In this document: positions 27,001-40,396 of the stretch, in pieces
Numbering within the stretch: position 1 is the first letter of the stretch
How the letters are laid out: each line of letters begins with the position of its first letter
NCBI RefSeq assembly: GCF_023055435.1
Contig: NW_025963784.1
Span: 62,001-126,000 of the forward strand
Source: Haliotis rufescens
Lineage: Eukaryota
DNA: 64,000 bases
Direction: 5' to 3'
Notes under the pieces: model-generated
Database searches by the model: none
Told to the model about the DNA's origin: nothing
The model's input: the letters and a program-made list of their open reading frames with translations, nothing else
Position numbers and translations under genes: made by a program

Positions 27001-30000
27001 TGCAATTGTGCGCACGAAGCGACCATATGCTGCAATGGGTTTCAATTGAGTCAAAGCCAGTAACCCCATTGATCATAATGCTATTCGTTTTCAATATGCA
27101 GTTACAAAAGCAGATATTGCACATGAACATATTCGTCTTGCTACATATTATTTTACGAAGTGAAAATCTGGTTGTCAGAGAGGGGTCTTTAGAAGTTCTA
27201 AGTTCCAAGATCATACCAATTCACTAATATCTCTGTTACTGCATCATATCCATCTTATGTGAAGCACGTGTTTCTTGATATATTGATCGTACACCGGAAA
27301 GGCATTTGTTGTGAACTTTCAGGAAAATTTGACAAACTACACGTGGATCTTAATGCCAGTGAACATGCCACGTAATCAACATTGGGTGCTACTGGTGGCT
27401 AATGTCAAGGATGGAACAGTGGGCGTGGTTAATTCTAAACCCTCCTTAGATGTGGAGGACAAGGTTGTACAACACTGGAGGTAGGTGGACAGAACAGTGG
27501 GCGTGGTCAATTCTAAACCCGCCTTATATGTAGAACACTCATTTGTACAACACTAGAGGTAGATAAAAAAAAAAGAAGAGGACGTGTGGCTGCACATTAT
27601 AAATGTTAAAAATAGCTATCCAATTTGAAATGTTGAAATGTTGATTTCTCAAAAACAAACATGAATGTAAATAAGATCCATCGAAAAATGTTCGATACAC
27701 CCACATTTGTAGCTTTTACTTTTGGGTAGAAGATATAGAACAACTTGTTCACAGGGTTACCCAGTTCCCCAAATGGGTACACTGTGTGAATGATTTAAAC
27801 GCCATAAATACAGTTATGTCACTCATTCATTTAAACCATAACATCTGTATTTGCTAACATAAAACCTAATTATGGACAAAGCAGGAGAGAACATCAGAAA
27901 TGCCAGGACCGGATATTTTAGGCACTGCTGTATTTACCTTCTGTTCTACCTTTACTTTAGCACCAGTCCACATGAGTTGAAGACTTTATTGCCATCGAGT
28001 AATATACATGTATTCCTCAGGCTCTTTGTAAACCACTTGAAATCTACGTCTAAGGAAAGGAGCAAGTCATGGATGAAGAAACAGTACCCGGGGATAGAAC
28101 AGTCAGATGGACACAGCTGTGGGATATTCGTTCTGATGGTAGGTTGGTTTGAAGCTATGTTTTTGATATGAAAGGCAACATGTGTCTCAAAAACCACGTA
28201 TGAACGATACCTTTTCATTTCTAACCTTCATATTCTCAGGCTGCTGATGCAATTTTGTCGGAGAAGTCTCCAGGCATCATGAGGAACTGTCACGTTGAGA
28301 AATACAGGCTGTATGTACTTCAGAGGATACTACAGTATGCCAAGGACAAGGGAGATATGCATGGTGGACGAAATCACATGATGGCAGTTGATCGACAGGG
28401 TAATGTCACAAACGAAATTCAAACTGTAACGCTGGAGACAAGAGATGTACTGGAAAATAGCTGTACAATGACAACAGAACAAGGAGGTCCAACTATTCAT
28501 GAAGAGGATGGACATGAAACACATGAAGGAACCGACTGTGCTATCGCCAGTGATGAAAGTATGCATTCTGGAGATCATTACTATGTTACGTAATTGTAAG
28601 GCGTTACGCAAGGTATTATATTTTAGATCTACATGTGCAATGTTGTACACTGCTTTCTTACAAACGTTATTTGTTTTCACAGATACAGAGGACTATCCAT
28701 GTTTGGATCAGCACCTGTTGCATAAGCAGAAGATGGCATGCTTGTTAGTGGTTGCTTTGGCGGAGAATAACCTGGAGGAGAGGATGCTATGGGCAGGGTC
28801 TGACACAGGGACTCGCGTGGAAAGAGAAACCTACAAAAAATATATTGTTTGGGCACTCAAGGTTTTTGACATCAATGAAGAAGAATACACTGAAAATATG
28901 ATGAAACCTATTTTATCCCAATTGGCGGGATGCTGTCTCCATCATGAATCAGGGTCATATAGAATAAGAAATCATGAAGTAGCAATAAAGCTAAGAGAAA
29001 TACTGCTCAGTGATGTGGGACAGTTGGTTGAAAGGATGGATCTCGAGTTCATATTTCGTTATGTGACATTTAGAGGTGATCCAACCGAAGAGGAACAACT
29101 AGATGTGCCTTTTAAAATCGAATTGAAACATGATGATCTGCATATTGTAGCAAGGCGGTTTGTTGCAGCTGTACATGACAGAAAGTTTGCCTTTGTGTGC
29201 ATGCATTCACTATTCCAGGTAGAGACATTTGTTAATATGGTTTGGGAGAATCTCTTGCATAATCTGAACAAGGACAGATCTGAACTGTTGAAAGTATTGT
29301 CAAAAAATGACATTATATATGGATATTCCTTTCTGTTTTGGGCGAGCGTCACAGGCAACTCGAATTTGCTGAAGAAAGCATTGAACAGTGTTCAGTTTAA
29401 GGTAAAGAACAGACAGGAAGCCTTGTTTGGAAGTTGCTTTGGGAGTAGTTTGGCCAACTTCGATTACTTGTGTTCCAAAAATAACTGGAAGTTGGATATG
29501 TTGTGTATGACGCTACCCGAGCTCCCAAGACCTCTTATCATCAAACTGCAGTTGGCAGTTGTAGATGATCTGAGAGTAAAGTTTGGTAAATGTTCACTTT
29601 TGGACATTGCCTGTATGGGTGGGTTGTCTACAGTGGCTTCCAGACTGTCACATTTGATGAAGACGAGCCAGAACAAGAACAGTTCAAGAAAGAATACTTA
29701 TGTACATTATGCAGCCATGTGTCAAAAGGGCAAAGATATCATGGATATAGTTATAAAGAAGGGACAACGTAGCATCAATATCATAGGTCCTGAAGGATCA
29801 ACACCTTTTCATTACTCATGTGCAGTTGGAAATGTTAGCAATGTAAGCTACCTGTTACAGGAAGTACTGGACATTGGTAAGCCAAACAAGAAGGGTGAAA
29901 CTGGACTTCATTTGGCATGTATATATGGGAATGCAGAAGTTGTTAAAATGTTATTACAGAACAAGGGAATAAGTCATGTGACAGACAATTATGGCAGCAC

Positions 30001-33000
30001 ACCTCTACATGATGCAGCCTGGCAAGGACATAGGGAGGTTGTGGAGGTGTTATTACAGAACAAGGCAAATGTGGATGAGAAAGATAAGAAAGGCCGCACA
30101 CCTCTACATCGTGCAGCCTCCCAGGGACATAGGGAGGTTGTGGAGGTGTTATTACAGAACAAGGCAAATATGAATGAGAAACGAATTGATGGCAGCACAC
30201 CTCTACATGATGCAGCCAACAAGGGACACAGGGAGGTTGTGGAGGTGTTATTACAGAACAAGGCAAATGTGAATGAGAAACGTAATGATGGCAACACACC
30301 TCTACATCTTGCAGCCGTCCAGGACCATTGGGAGGTTGTGGAGGTGTTATTCCAGAACAAGGCAAATGTGAATGAGAAACGGAATGATGGCAGCACACCT
30401 CTACATGATGCAGCCTACCAGGGACATAGGAAGGTTGTGGAGGTGTTATTAAAGAAGAAGGCAAATGTGGATGAGAAAGATAAGGAAGGCCGCACACCTC
30501 TACATGATGCAGCCTACCAGGGACATAGGAAGATTGTGGAGGTGTTATTACAGAACAAGGCAAATGTGAATGAGAAACGGAATGATGGCAGCACACCTCT
30601 ACATGATGCAGCTTACCAGGGACATAGGAAGGTTGTGGAGGTGTTATTACAGAACAAGGCAAATGTGGATGAGAAAGATAAGGAAGGCCGCACACCTCTA
30701 CATGATGCAGCCGACCATGGACATAGGAAGGTTGTTGAGGTGTTATTACAGAACAAGGCAAATGTGAATGAGAAACGGAATGATGGCCGCACACCTCTAC
30801 ATGATGCAGCTTACCATGGACATAGGAAGGTTGTGGAGGTGTTATTACAGAACAAGGAAAATGTGGATGAGAAAGATAAGAAAGGCCGCACACCTCTACA
30901 TGATGCAGCCTCCCAGGGACATAGGAAGGTTGTGGAGGTGTTATTACAGAACAAGGCAAATGTGAATGAGAAACGGAATGATGGCAGCACACCTCTACAT
31001 GATGCAGCCTACCATGGACATAGGAAGGTTGTGGAGGTGTTATTACAGAACCAGGCAAATGTGGATGAGAAACGTAGTGATGGCAACACACCTCTACATC
31101 ATGCAGCCTACCATGGACAAAGGGAGGTTGTGGAGGTGTTATTACAGAACAAGGCAAATGTGGATGAGAAAGATAAGAAAGGCCGCACACCTCTACATCG
31201 TGCAGCCTCCCAGGGACATAGGGAGTTTGTGGAGGTGTTATTACAGAACAAGACAAATGTGCATGAGCAACGTCAAGATGACAGCACACCTCTACATGAT
31301 GCAGCCTACCAGGGACACAGGGAGGTTGTGGAGGTGTTATTACAGAACAAGGCAAATGTGAATGAGAAACGTAATGATGGCAACACACCTCTACATGATG
31401 CAGCCTACCAGGGACATAGGAAGGTTCTGGAGGTGTTATTACAGAACAAGGCAAATGTGAATGAGAAACGGAATGATGGCAACACACCTCTACATGATGC
31501 AGCCTACCAGGGACATAGGAAGGTTGTGGAGGTGTTATTACAGAACAAGGCAAATGTGGATGAGAAAGATAAGGAAGGCAGCACACCTCTACATGATGCA
31601 GCCGACCAGGGACATAGGAAGGTTGTGGAGGTGTTATTACAGAACAAGGCAAATGTGAATGAGAAACGGAATGATGGCAGCACACCTCTACATGATGCAG
31701 CCTACCATGGACATAGGAAGGTTGTTGAGGTGTTATTACAGAACAAGGCAAATTTGAATGAGAAACGTAATGATATCAACACACCTCTACATCTTGCAGC
31801 CTGGCAGGGACATTGGGAGGTTGTGGAGGTGTTATTAAAGAACAAGGCAAATGTGGATGAGAAAGATAAGAAAGGCCGCACACCTCTACATCGTGCAGCC
31901 TACCAGGGACATAGGGAGGTTGTGGAGGTGATATTACAGAACAAGGCAAATGTGAATGAGAAACGTAATGATGGCAGCTCACCTCTAAATGATGCAGCCT
32001 ACCAGGGACATAGGGAGGTTGTGGAGGTGTTATTACAGAACAAGGCAAATGTGGATGAGAAAGATAAGAAAGGCCACACACCTCTACATCGTGCAGCCTC
32101 CCAGGGACATAGGGAGGTTGTGGAGGTGTTATTACAGAACAAGGCAAATGTGAATGAGAAACGTAATGATGGCAACACACCTCTGCATGTTGCAGCCTGG
32201 CAGGGACATAGGGAGGTTGTGGAGGTGTTATTACAGAACAAGGCAAATGTGGATGAAAAACGTAATTATGGCAGCACACCTCTACATATTGCAGCCTACC
32301 AGGGACATAGGGAGGTTGTGGAGGTGTTATTACAGAACAAGGCAAATGTGGATGAAAAACGTGATGATGGCCCTACACCTCTACATGAGGCAGCTTACCA
32401 GGGACATAGGGAGGTTGTGGAGATGATATTACAGAACAAGTCAAATGTGAATGAGAAACATCAAGACGGCAGCACACCTCTACATCTTGCAGCCTGGCAT
32501 GGACATTCGGAGGTTGTGGAGGTGTTATTACAGAACAAGGCAAATGTGGATGAGAAAGATAAGGAAGGCCGCACACCTCTACATGATGCAGCCTGGCAGG
32601 GACACAGGGAGATTGTGGAGGTGTTATTACAGAACAAGGAAAATGTGGATGAGAAAGATAAGGAAGGCTGCACACCTCTACATCGTGCAGCCTCCCAGGG
32701 ACATAGAGAGGTTGTGGAGGTGTTATTACAGAACAAGGCAAATATGAATGAGAAACGGAATGATGGCAGCACACCTCTACTTGATGCAGCCTGGCAGGGA
32801 CATAGGGAGGTTGTGGAGGTGTTATTACAGAACAAGGCAAATGTGAATGAGAAACGAAATGATGGCAACACACCTCTACATCTTGCAGCCGTCCAGGAAC
32901 ATTGGGAGGTTGTGGAGGTGTTATTACAGAACAAGGCAAATGTGAATGAGAAACGGAATGATGGCAGCACACCTCTACATAATGCAGCCTACCAGGGACA

Positions 33001-36000
33001 AAGGAAGGTTGTGGAGGTGTTATTAAAGAACAAGGCAAATGTGGATGAGAAAGATAAGGAAGGCCGCACACCTCTACATGATGCAGCCGACCAGGGACAT
33101 AGGAAGGTTGTGGAGGTGTTATTACAGAACAAGGCAAATGTGAATGAGAAACGGAATGATGGCAGCACACCTCTACATGATGCAGCTCACCAGGGACATA
33201 GGAAGGTTGTGGAGGTGTTATTACAGAACAAGGCAAATTTGGATGAGAAAGATAAGAAAGGCCGTACACCTCTACATGATGCAGCCTCCCAGGGACATAG
33301 GAAGGTTTTGGAGGTGTTATTACAGAACAAGGCAAATGTGAATGAGAAACGTAATGATGGCAGCACACCTCTACATGATGCAGCCTCCCAGGGACATAGC
33401 AAGGTTGTGGAGGTGTTATTACAGAACCAGGCAAATGTGGATGAGAAACGTAATGATGGGAACACACCTCTACATCTTGCAGCCTGGCAGGGACATAGGG
33501 AGGTTGTGGAGGTGTTATTACAGAACAAGACAAATGTGCATGAGCAACGTCAAGATGACAGCACACCTCTACATGAGGCAGCCTACCAGGGACACAGGGA
33601 GGTTGTGGAGGTGATATTACAGAACAAGTCGAATGTGAATGAGAAACATCAAGAAGGCAGCACACCTCTACATCTTGCAGCCTGGCATGGACATTGGGAG
33701 GTTGTGGAGGTGTTATTACAGAACAAGGCAAATGTGGATGAGAAAGATAAGGAAGGCCGCACACCTCTACATGATGCAGCCTGGCAGGGACACAGGGAGG
33801 TTGTGGAGGTGTTATTACAGAACAAGGAAAATGTGGATGAGAAAGATAAGGAAGGCAGCACACCTCTACATCGTGGAGCCTCCCAGGGACATAGAGAGGT
33901 TGTGGAGGTGTTATTACAGAACAAGGCAAATATGAATGAGAAACGGAATGATGGCAGCACACCTCTACATGATGCAGCCAACAAGGGACACAGGGAGGTT
34001 GTGGAGGTGTTATTACAGAACAAGGCAAATGTGAATGAGAAACGTAATGATGGCAACACACCTCTACATCTTGCAGCCGTCCAGGACCATTGGGAGGTTG
34101 TGGAGGTCTTATTACAGAACGAGGCAAATGTGAATGAGAAACGGAATGATGGCAGCACACCTCTACATAATGCAGCCTACCAGGGAGAAAGGAAGGTTGT
34201 GGAGGTGTTATTAAAGAACAAGGCAAATGTGGATGAGAAAGATAAGGAAGGCAGCACACCTCTACATGATGCAGCCAACCAGGGAGATAGGAAGGTTGTG
34301 GAGGTGTTATTACAGAACAAGGCAAATGTGGATGAGAAACGGAATGATGGCAGCACACCTCTACATGATGCAGCTTACCAGGGACATAGGAAGGTTGTGG
34401 AGGTGTTATTACAGAACAAGGCAAATGTGGATGAGAAAGATAAGGAAGGCCGCACACCTCTACATGATGCAGCCGACCAGGGACATTGGAAGGTTGTGGA
34501 GGTGTTATTACAGAACAAGGCAAATGTGGATGAGAAAGATAAGGAAGGCCGCACACCTCTACATGATGCAGCCGACCAGGGACATTGGAAGGTTGTGGAG
34601 GTGTTATTACAGAACCAGGCAAATGTGGATGAGAAACGTAATGATGGCAACACACCTCTACATCATGCAGCCTACCGTGGACAAACGGAGGTTGTGGAGG
34701 TGTTATTACAGAACAAGGCAAATGTGCATCGGCAACGTCAAGATGACAGCACACCTCTACATGATGCAGCCTACCAGGGACACAGGGAGGTTGTGGAGGT
34801 GTTATTACAGAACAAGGCAAATGTGAATGAGAAACGTAATGATGGCAGCACACCTCTACATGATGCAGCCTACCAGGGACATAGGAAGGTTGTGGAGGTG
34901 TTATTACAGAACAAGGCAAATGTGAATGAGAAACGGAATGATGGCAACACACCTCTACATGATGCAGCCTACCAGGGACATAGGAAGGTTGTGGAGGTGT
35001 TATTACAGAACAAGGAAAATGTGGATGAGAAAGATATGGAAGGCCGTACACCTCTACATGATGCAGCCGACCAGGGACATAGGAAGGTTGTGGAGATGTT
35101 ATTACAGAACAAGGCAAATGTGAATGAGAAACGGAATGATGGCAGCACACCTCTACATGATGCAGCCTACCATGGACATAGGAAGGTTGTGGAGGTGTTA
35201 TTACAGAACAAGGCAAATGTGAATGAGAAACGTAATGATAGCAACACACATCTACATCTTGCAGCCTGGCAGGGACATAGGGAGGTTGTGGAGGTGTTAT
35301 TACAGAACAATGCAAATGTGGATGAGAAAGATAAGAAAGGCCGCACACCTCTACATCGTGCAGCCTCCCAGGGACATAGGGAGGTTGTGAAGGTGTTATT
35401 ACAGAACAAGGCAAATGTGAATGAGAAACGGAATGATGGCAGCACACCTCTACATGATGCAGCCTACCAGGGACATAGGGAGGTTGTGGAGGTGTTATTA
35501 CAGAACAAGGCAAATGTGGATGAGAAAGATAAGAAAGGCCGCACACCTCTACATCTTGCAGCCTCCCAGGGACATAGGGAGGTTGTGGAGGTGTTATTAC
35601 AGAACAAGGCAAATGTGGATGAGAAACGGAATGATGGCAGCACACCTCTACATGATGCAGCCTACCAGGGACATAGGGAGGTTGTGGAGGTGTTATTACA
35701 GAACAAGGCAAATGTGAATGAGAAACGTTATAATGGCAGCACACCTCTACATGATGCAGCCTCGCAGGGACATAGGGAGGTTGTGGAGGTGTTATTACAG
35801 AACAAGGCAAATGTGGATGAAAAACGTAATGATGGCAGCACACCTCTACATCTTGCAGCCTACCAGGGACATAGGGAGGTTGTGGAGGTGTTATTACAGG
35901 ACAAGGCAAATATGGATGAAAAACGTGATGATGGCAACACACCTCTACATGAGGCAGCCTACCAGGGACGTAGGGAGGTTGTGGAGGTGATATTACAGAA

Positions 36001-36610
36001 CAAGTCAAATGTGAATGAGAAACATCAAGACGGCAGCACACCTCTACATCTTGCAGCCTGGCATGGACATTGGGAGGTTGTGGAGGTGTTATTACAGAAC
36101 AAGGCAATTGTGGATGGGAAAGATAAGGAAGGCCGCACACCTCTACATGATGCAGCCTGGCAGGGACATAGGAAGGTTGTGGAGGTGTTATTACAGAACA
36201 AGGCAAATATGGATGAGAAAGATAAGGAAGGTTGCACACCTCTACATGATGCAGCCTGGCAGGGACACAGGGAGGTTGTGGAGGTGTTATTACAGAACAA
36301 GGCAAATGTGGATGTGAATGATAAGGAAGGCAGCACACCTCTACATGATGCAGCCTGGCAGGGACATAGGAAGGTTGTGGAGGTGTTATTACAGAACAAG
36401 GCAAATGTGGATGAGAAAGATAAGGAAGGCAGCACACCTCTACATGATGCAGCCTGGCAGGGACACAGGGAGGTTGTGGAGGTGTTATTACAGAACAAGG
36501 CAAATGTGGATGAGAAAGATAAGAAAGGCTGCACACCTCTACATGATGCAGCCTGGCAGGGATACATGGAGGTTGTGGAGGTGTTATTACAGAACAACGC
36601 AAATGTTTAA
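24001..36610 (+). CDS. Copy 2 gene: CG-1-like domain + Ulp1/C48-like protease + STAND-associated helical region + about 70 ankyrin repeats, about 3300 aa (exons 24001-24181, 24944-26013, 26681-26815, 27323-27480, 28021-28138, 28240-28558, 28683-36610)
   Basis: All junctions are GT-AG with matching phases (1,0,0,2,0,1), giving a 9909-nt open frame. Motifs WLTDEIMDIYL, LMPVN..HWVLLV..VVNS, QSDGHSCG. An alternative phase-1 donor exists at 28399. Confidence 0.8.
27414..27562 (+). repeat. 78-bp tandem duplication of an exon end and its splice donor
   Basis: GAACAGTGGGCGTGG..TGTACAACACT(G/A)GAGGTAG starts at 27414 and 27492; donors at 27481 and 27559. Confidence 0.85.
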
Positions 36611-36616
36611 GAGAAA
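29984..36616 (+). repeat. Coding tandem array, 67 x 99 bp ankyrin units
   Basis: 6633 bp = 67 x 99 with no net indels; higher-order periods of 12, 35 and 36 units. Confidence 0.95.
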
Positions 36617-37764
36617 GACGATAAAGAAGAAACTGCTTTACAAAAAGCAGAGGCACAACATCACGATGATATTGCAAGGATTATAACTGAGGCAACAAAT
36701 ATACATGACCTGACAACCAATCATGGTACAATTATAGATAGGTAAGAGCAATGTGGAAATGATGCTTGAGTTGACAGCCCAAACACATATATTGTATACG
36801 CTGTTTTGCATAACAGTTTTGAAACCTCACGAAACCATATGATACCTCGAAGAGGACTGTACCATCAGACAATAAATCAAAATATCTATTTCAGCTAAAT
36901 AAAGAATATAGACAGAGCATTTCTACAAGACCCCAAAACAACATACTAAAAGTCCCAAATCAATCAATCAAATATGTCATGAGAGAACAACAGTGTATTG
37001 ATATTCCATGTCTGACCATGTCTTGGAGGTCATCTTGGAATTTTGGGCCAGTCAGTTAGTGTGACAAGTTTTATGCATATAAGTCCCAGCACACTGTTTC
37101 AGAGATAAAAGCTTCAACAGTCTAAACTCATATTTAGGAAATGTGTCGGCCATCTTGAAATTGCCGGCCATCTTGATGTTTTGTAGATTTGTCAATAGTC
37201 GAAAACGATCAATACGTGTGAATATCTTTTTAGAAACGTAATATGACTATTTTGCAACACAACACATGCTGTTTTTCATCAAAACATTGAACCTCATCTG
37301 AAATAAGGAAAATACTATTGAGAGATGGTTTCCATATTGAATTATGTAAATTAGACATATTTCCCAAACTGGGATTGCTTGGGACTTTAAGTATGTTGTT
37401 TTGGGGACCTTGTAGAGATGCATTTTGGTGAAATGAACTCTATTGCTATTTGTTCCAAGTGAAACCTTATTTTCCATGGGCTACATATGTCAGTGGGGAC
37501 TTTGCAAAAACATTGAAATTATGTTAACCAATATTTTAACTGGATTAGGCTTCACTGTCTATAATAATGAATGATTCGTTGGTTTACGTTTATGAGTATG
37601 TGGGGCTTCCATTTAGTTGGAGTCTTTTTCATTAGATACGAATTCGAAAGCGCTGGAGGCTTTTACATCTTGATTTTGTATTATATGTCACAATAGCATC
37701 ACTATTTTGATTAAGTCCTATTTTCTCTGAAATGTTGTGTCAAGTGCATGTGGTATTGTTTCAG

Positions 37765-38122
37765 GGTGACAACCGATGGCCAGTTTCTTATAAAATCATC
37801 GTCAGTTCCATACGGAAGCTATAACAATGGCGGTTGGCTTACATCCAACCCACCAACATCAACTTGTCCCGTGAAGCACACATCAGGAGAATTGCCAGGG
37901 GTTTATGTTCCGAGTCAACTGGGACAAGCAGTTTCCACAGACAGACAAAGTGTTATGGAAGAGATCGCCTTGCAGTCATCCCAACCATATCATATAGACG
38001 GAAATCTTAACAACCTCCATACAGATCCTGCACACATGGAGATACGTTCACCAAATCAAAGATCAGAAACCATATATGGAAACTCAAGTCATGTTCCCAC
38101 TTGTTATTATGGTGTCCAGTGA
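37765..38122 (+). pseudogene. Copy 2 ancestral terminal exon, downstream of a premature stop and shortened by a 145-bp deletion
   Basis: In phase with the donor at 36741; lacks the equivalent of 10091-10235. Confidence 0.55.
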
Positions 38123-38405
38123 TACAGTATACATATACAGTTTTACAACCTCCATTAGGGGTCAGTCGTCTGAATTTGGGATGCAGAAAATAACGAGTTA
38201 TTTGTCATTTGTGTCGATGTAGCATTGATGTTTCGGTAAGCATATCAATTCCATAGCTAATGGACCATAGCTAACTTCATGTCGAAAAAAGTCCTTTACG
38301 TTGCGTAGAGGATTACATAATAGATTCTTTCAAATGTTCCTAACTGGACATATGCACCTTTCAGTGTGTACCAAACTTTCCTGGGGCATTGTGTTAAGTT
38401 GAATT

Positions 38406-38686
38406 GAGTGAGTGTGCGAGTTGGATTTAACGCTGCTTTTAACAGTTTTCCAGTTATATCACGGCGTGACAGTTAAATATGGGAGGAAAGCCCGAAGTTA
38501 TGCAGGTCTCAGACGTTTACCACTTCGGTGAAACCCAAGAGCACGGATATGGTGCTGACAAACCTAGATACATAATCTGGGCGAACCTGGATTCGAACCA
38601 ACAATCATAGGTCTCTGGCGTGCCCAAGGGACGCAACTCTGCACAGCGAATCGCGGCACCTTAGACGACTGGGCCACTCGTGCCCC
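38406..38686 (-). mobile_element. tRNA-derived SINE (Leu-like head), full length
   Basis: Reverse complement of 41107-41390 including the tail. Confidence 0.75.
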
Positions 38687-40396
38687 TGTGTTATGTTGAA
38701 AGTAGTGGGAGTGATTTGTGTCGATGTAGTTTTGGCGTTTCTGTATGGATCTCAATTCCATAGAAAAACCATTGTACTTTACAAATTCTAGGAACATGGC
38801 TAACTTCATGCCGACAAAATCATTTATGTTTAGAAAATTACATAACAGTTTCTTACAGTTTCCAACTGGACATATGCAGATTTCAGTGTGTTCCGAACTT
38901 TCTTAAAGCAAAGTGTTTTGTTGTAATTAGTGGGAGTGAGTTCAGATTGACGTACACAATGAATGTTTGCAGCTACATGTCACTGTGTAAAATATGTACT
39001 TGCAGGAACACGTTGGTGTCTTTCTATCATAGTCGGTATTGTCACTTTGATTTGTTTCTGCACCCTTTCCAGTGTCAGAGTTGTGAAGTCTCACACCCAA
39101 TACGAAGCCATGTAACCTGTTGTACATGCAATATAGACTTTAAAGTATGTTCACGGTGACCACATATTCAGGAATATAATGATTGTTTTATTTCAAAGCA
39201 ATTTATCCTATTAATTTCCATGATAGCATTTTCATGTTTGCCAAGACAAGATCAAATAGAATTCTTTGAGCTGTGTCCCTTGAACAAATACAGACTATAT
39301 AGCCATTGGGAAAACCAACCTGTATTACATTCTTCCATGATATCAAACATATTCTTATGTGACATATTATGTGATAGATCACTGAACGAATTCCCGTAAG
39401 ATATCGTTTTTATTACAAACATTGTATCTGAAAACGTATCTAAGGAGCGAACTATTCTACTAACATTCATGGTGTAATTAATATACTTTTATCATCAGAT
39501 AACTCTTGTTAGTGCTGCATTAGTTAAATGGCCTGTTATGTATTGCCCATAGTTGACCCATTGTATAACCCCTTTGTGACTGTAGACCTACAATTATGTT
39601 TTTCAATAGAAGTTGTTTTTTGTTCATTTGTATTTTGTGCTGATTTACTGATTTGGCAATATAGTTTGAACCGTTTTCTATTATTGTTACCTGAATGCTC
39701 GAAATGGGTGTTTTGAGTTCAATTTACGGTCCCCAAAGTTAAAAGGTAGAACTAATCAAGATCCAGGTCGAATTCAAATATTTCGGAGAAGTCGAACTAT
39801 TTCTTTGGTCCCCAGAAGTTCGAGGCAATTGGGTCCGATAGTTCCTTTATGTGTATATATCTGAATATGCATACAGGTAGAAAAAGGTGCTTATCCAAAC
39901 GCAGTGAAGTCACACAGACTGAGCCATACCAGTGCAGCGTGTATCATAATCAGAACCAATCACAAACTATATTTACTAGACTTATCTAAATAAAAAATTC
40001 CCTGTGAAAAAGACAAATAAGTGTCTTTGTTTATTATAAGCAAATAAAGAAAATACGCAAAACCAAACCAAAACAAACTAACAATTGAAGGAAGTTATCC
40101 AGGTTACATGGCATAAATAAGCAGCATGTTTTGCAAGCACATTACATGTGTGATGATGAAGCCTGCTAGAATTGTCATCATACACCATTGCATTTGTAAA
40201 TACCTTGCTCTGAAATAAAGTGGGCTAGACCGCCTCCATTGTCTTATGGATCGAGTATCAGAAAGATTTATTTCGTATGTGTGGCCATGAGGCCAATAGC
40301 ACAATGACATTTTGTTGTAAAACAATCCGTCGTGAAGCAACACTTGTATACTGATTAGATTGTAGCTAAATATGGTGTACACAGTTTTATTTATAT

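Noticed and set aside
28499-28682. ORF-track start of the 2703-aa protein
   Set aside because: Overlaps exon 6 in another frame and an intron; the acceptor at 28681-28682 fits better.
24001-36610. Calling the gene CAMTA or a vertebrate ankyrin/ANKRD ortholog
   Set aside because: No TIG or IQ motifs seen; the protease and homogenised array do not fit, so no symbol is given.
29984-36616. CRISPR-like or TALE-like reading of the constant/variable pattern
   Set aside because: In-frame 33-aa ankyrin repeats in a spliced eukaryotic gene; no unique spacers, cas genes or TALE consensus.
32373-36677. 1434-aa antisense ORF, plus 29943-31751 and 6489-7736
   Set aside because: Shadow of the 99-bp ankyrin unit, which usually has no stop in that frame; no independent gene signals.
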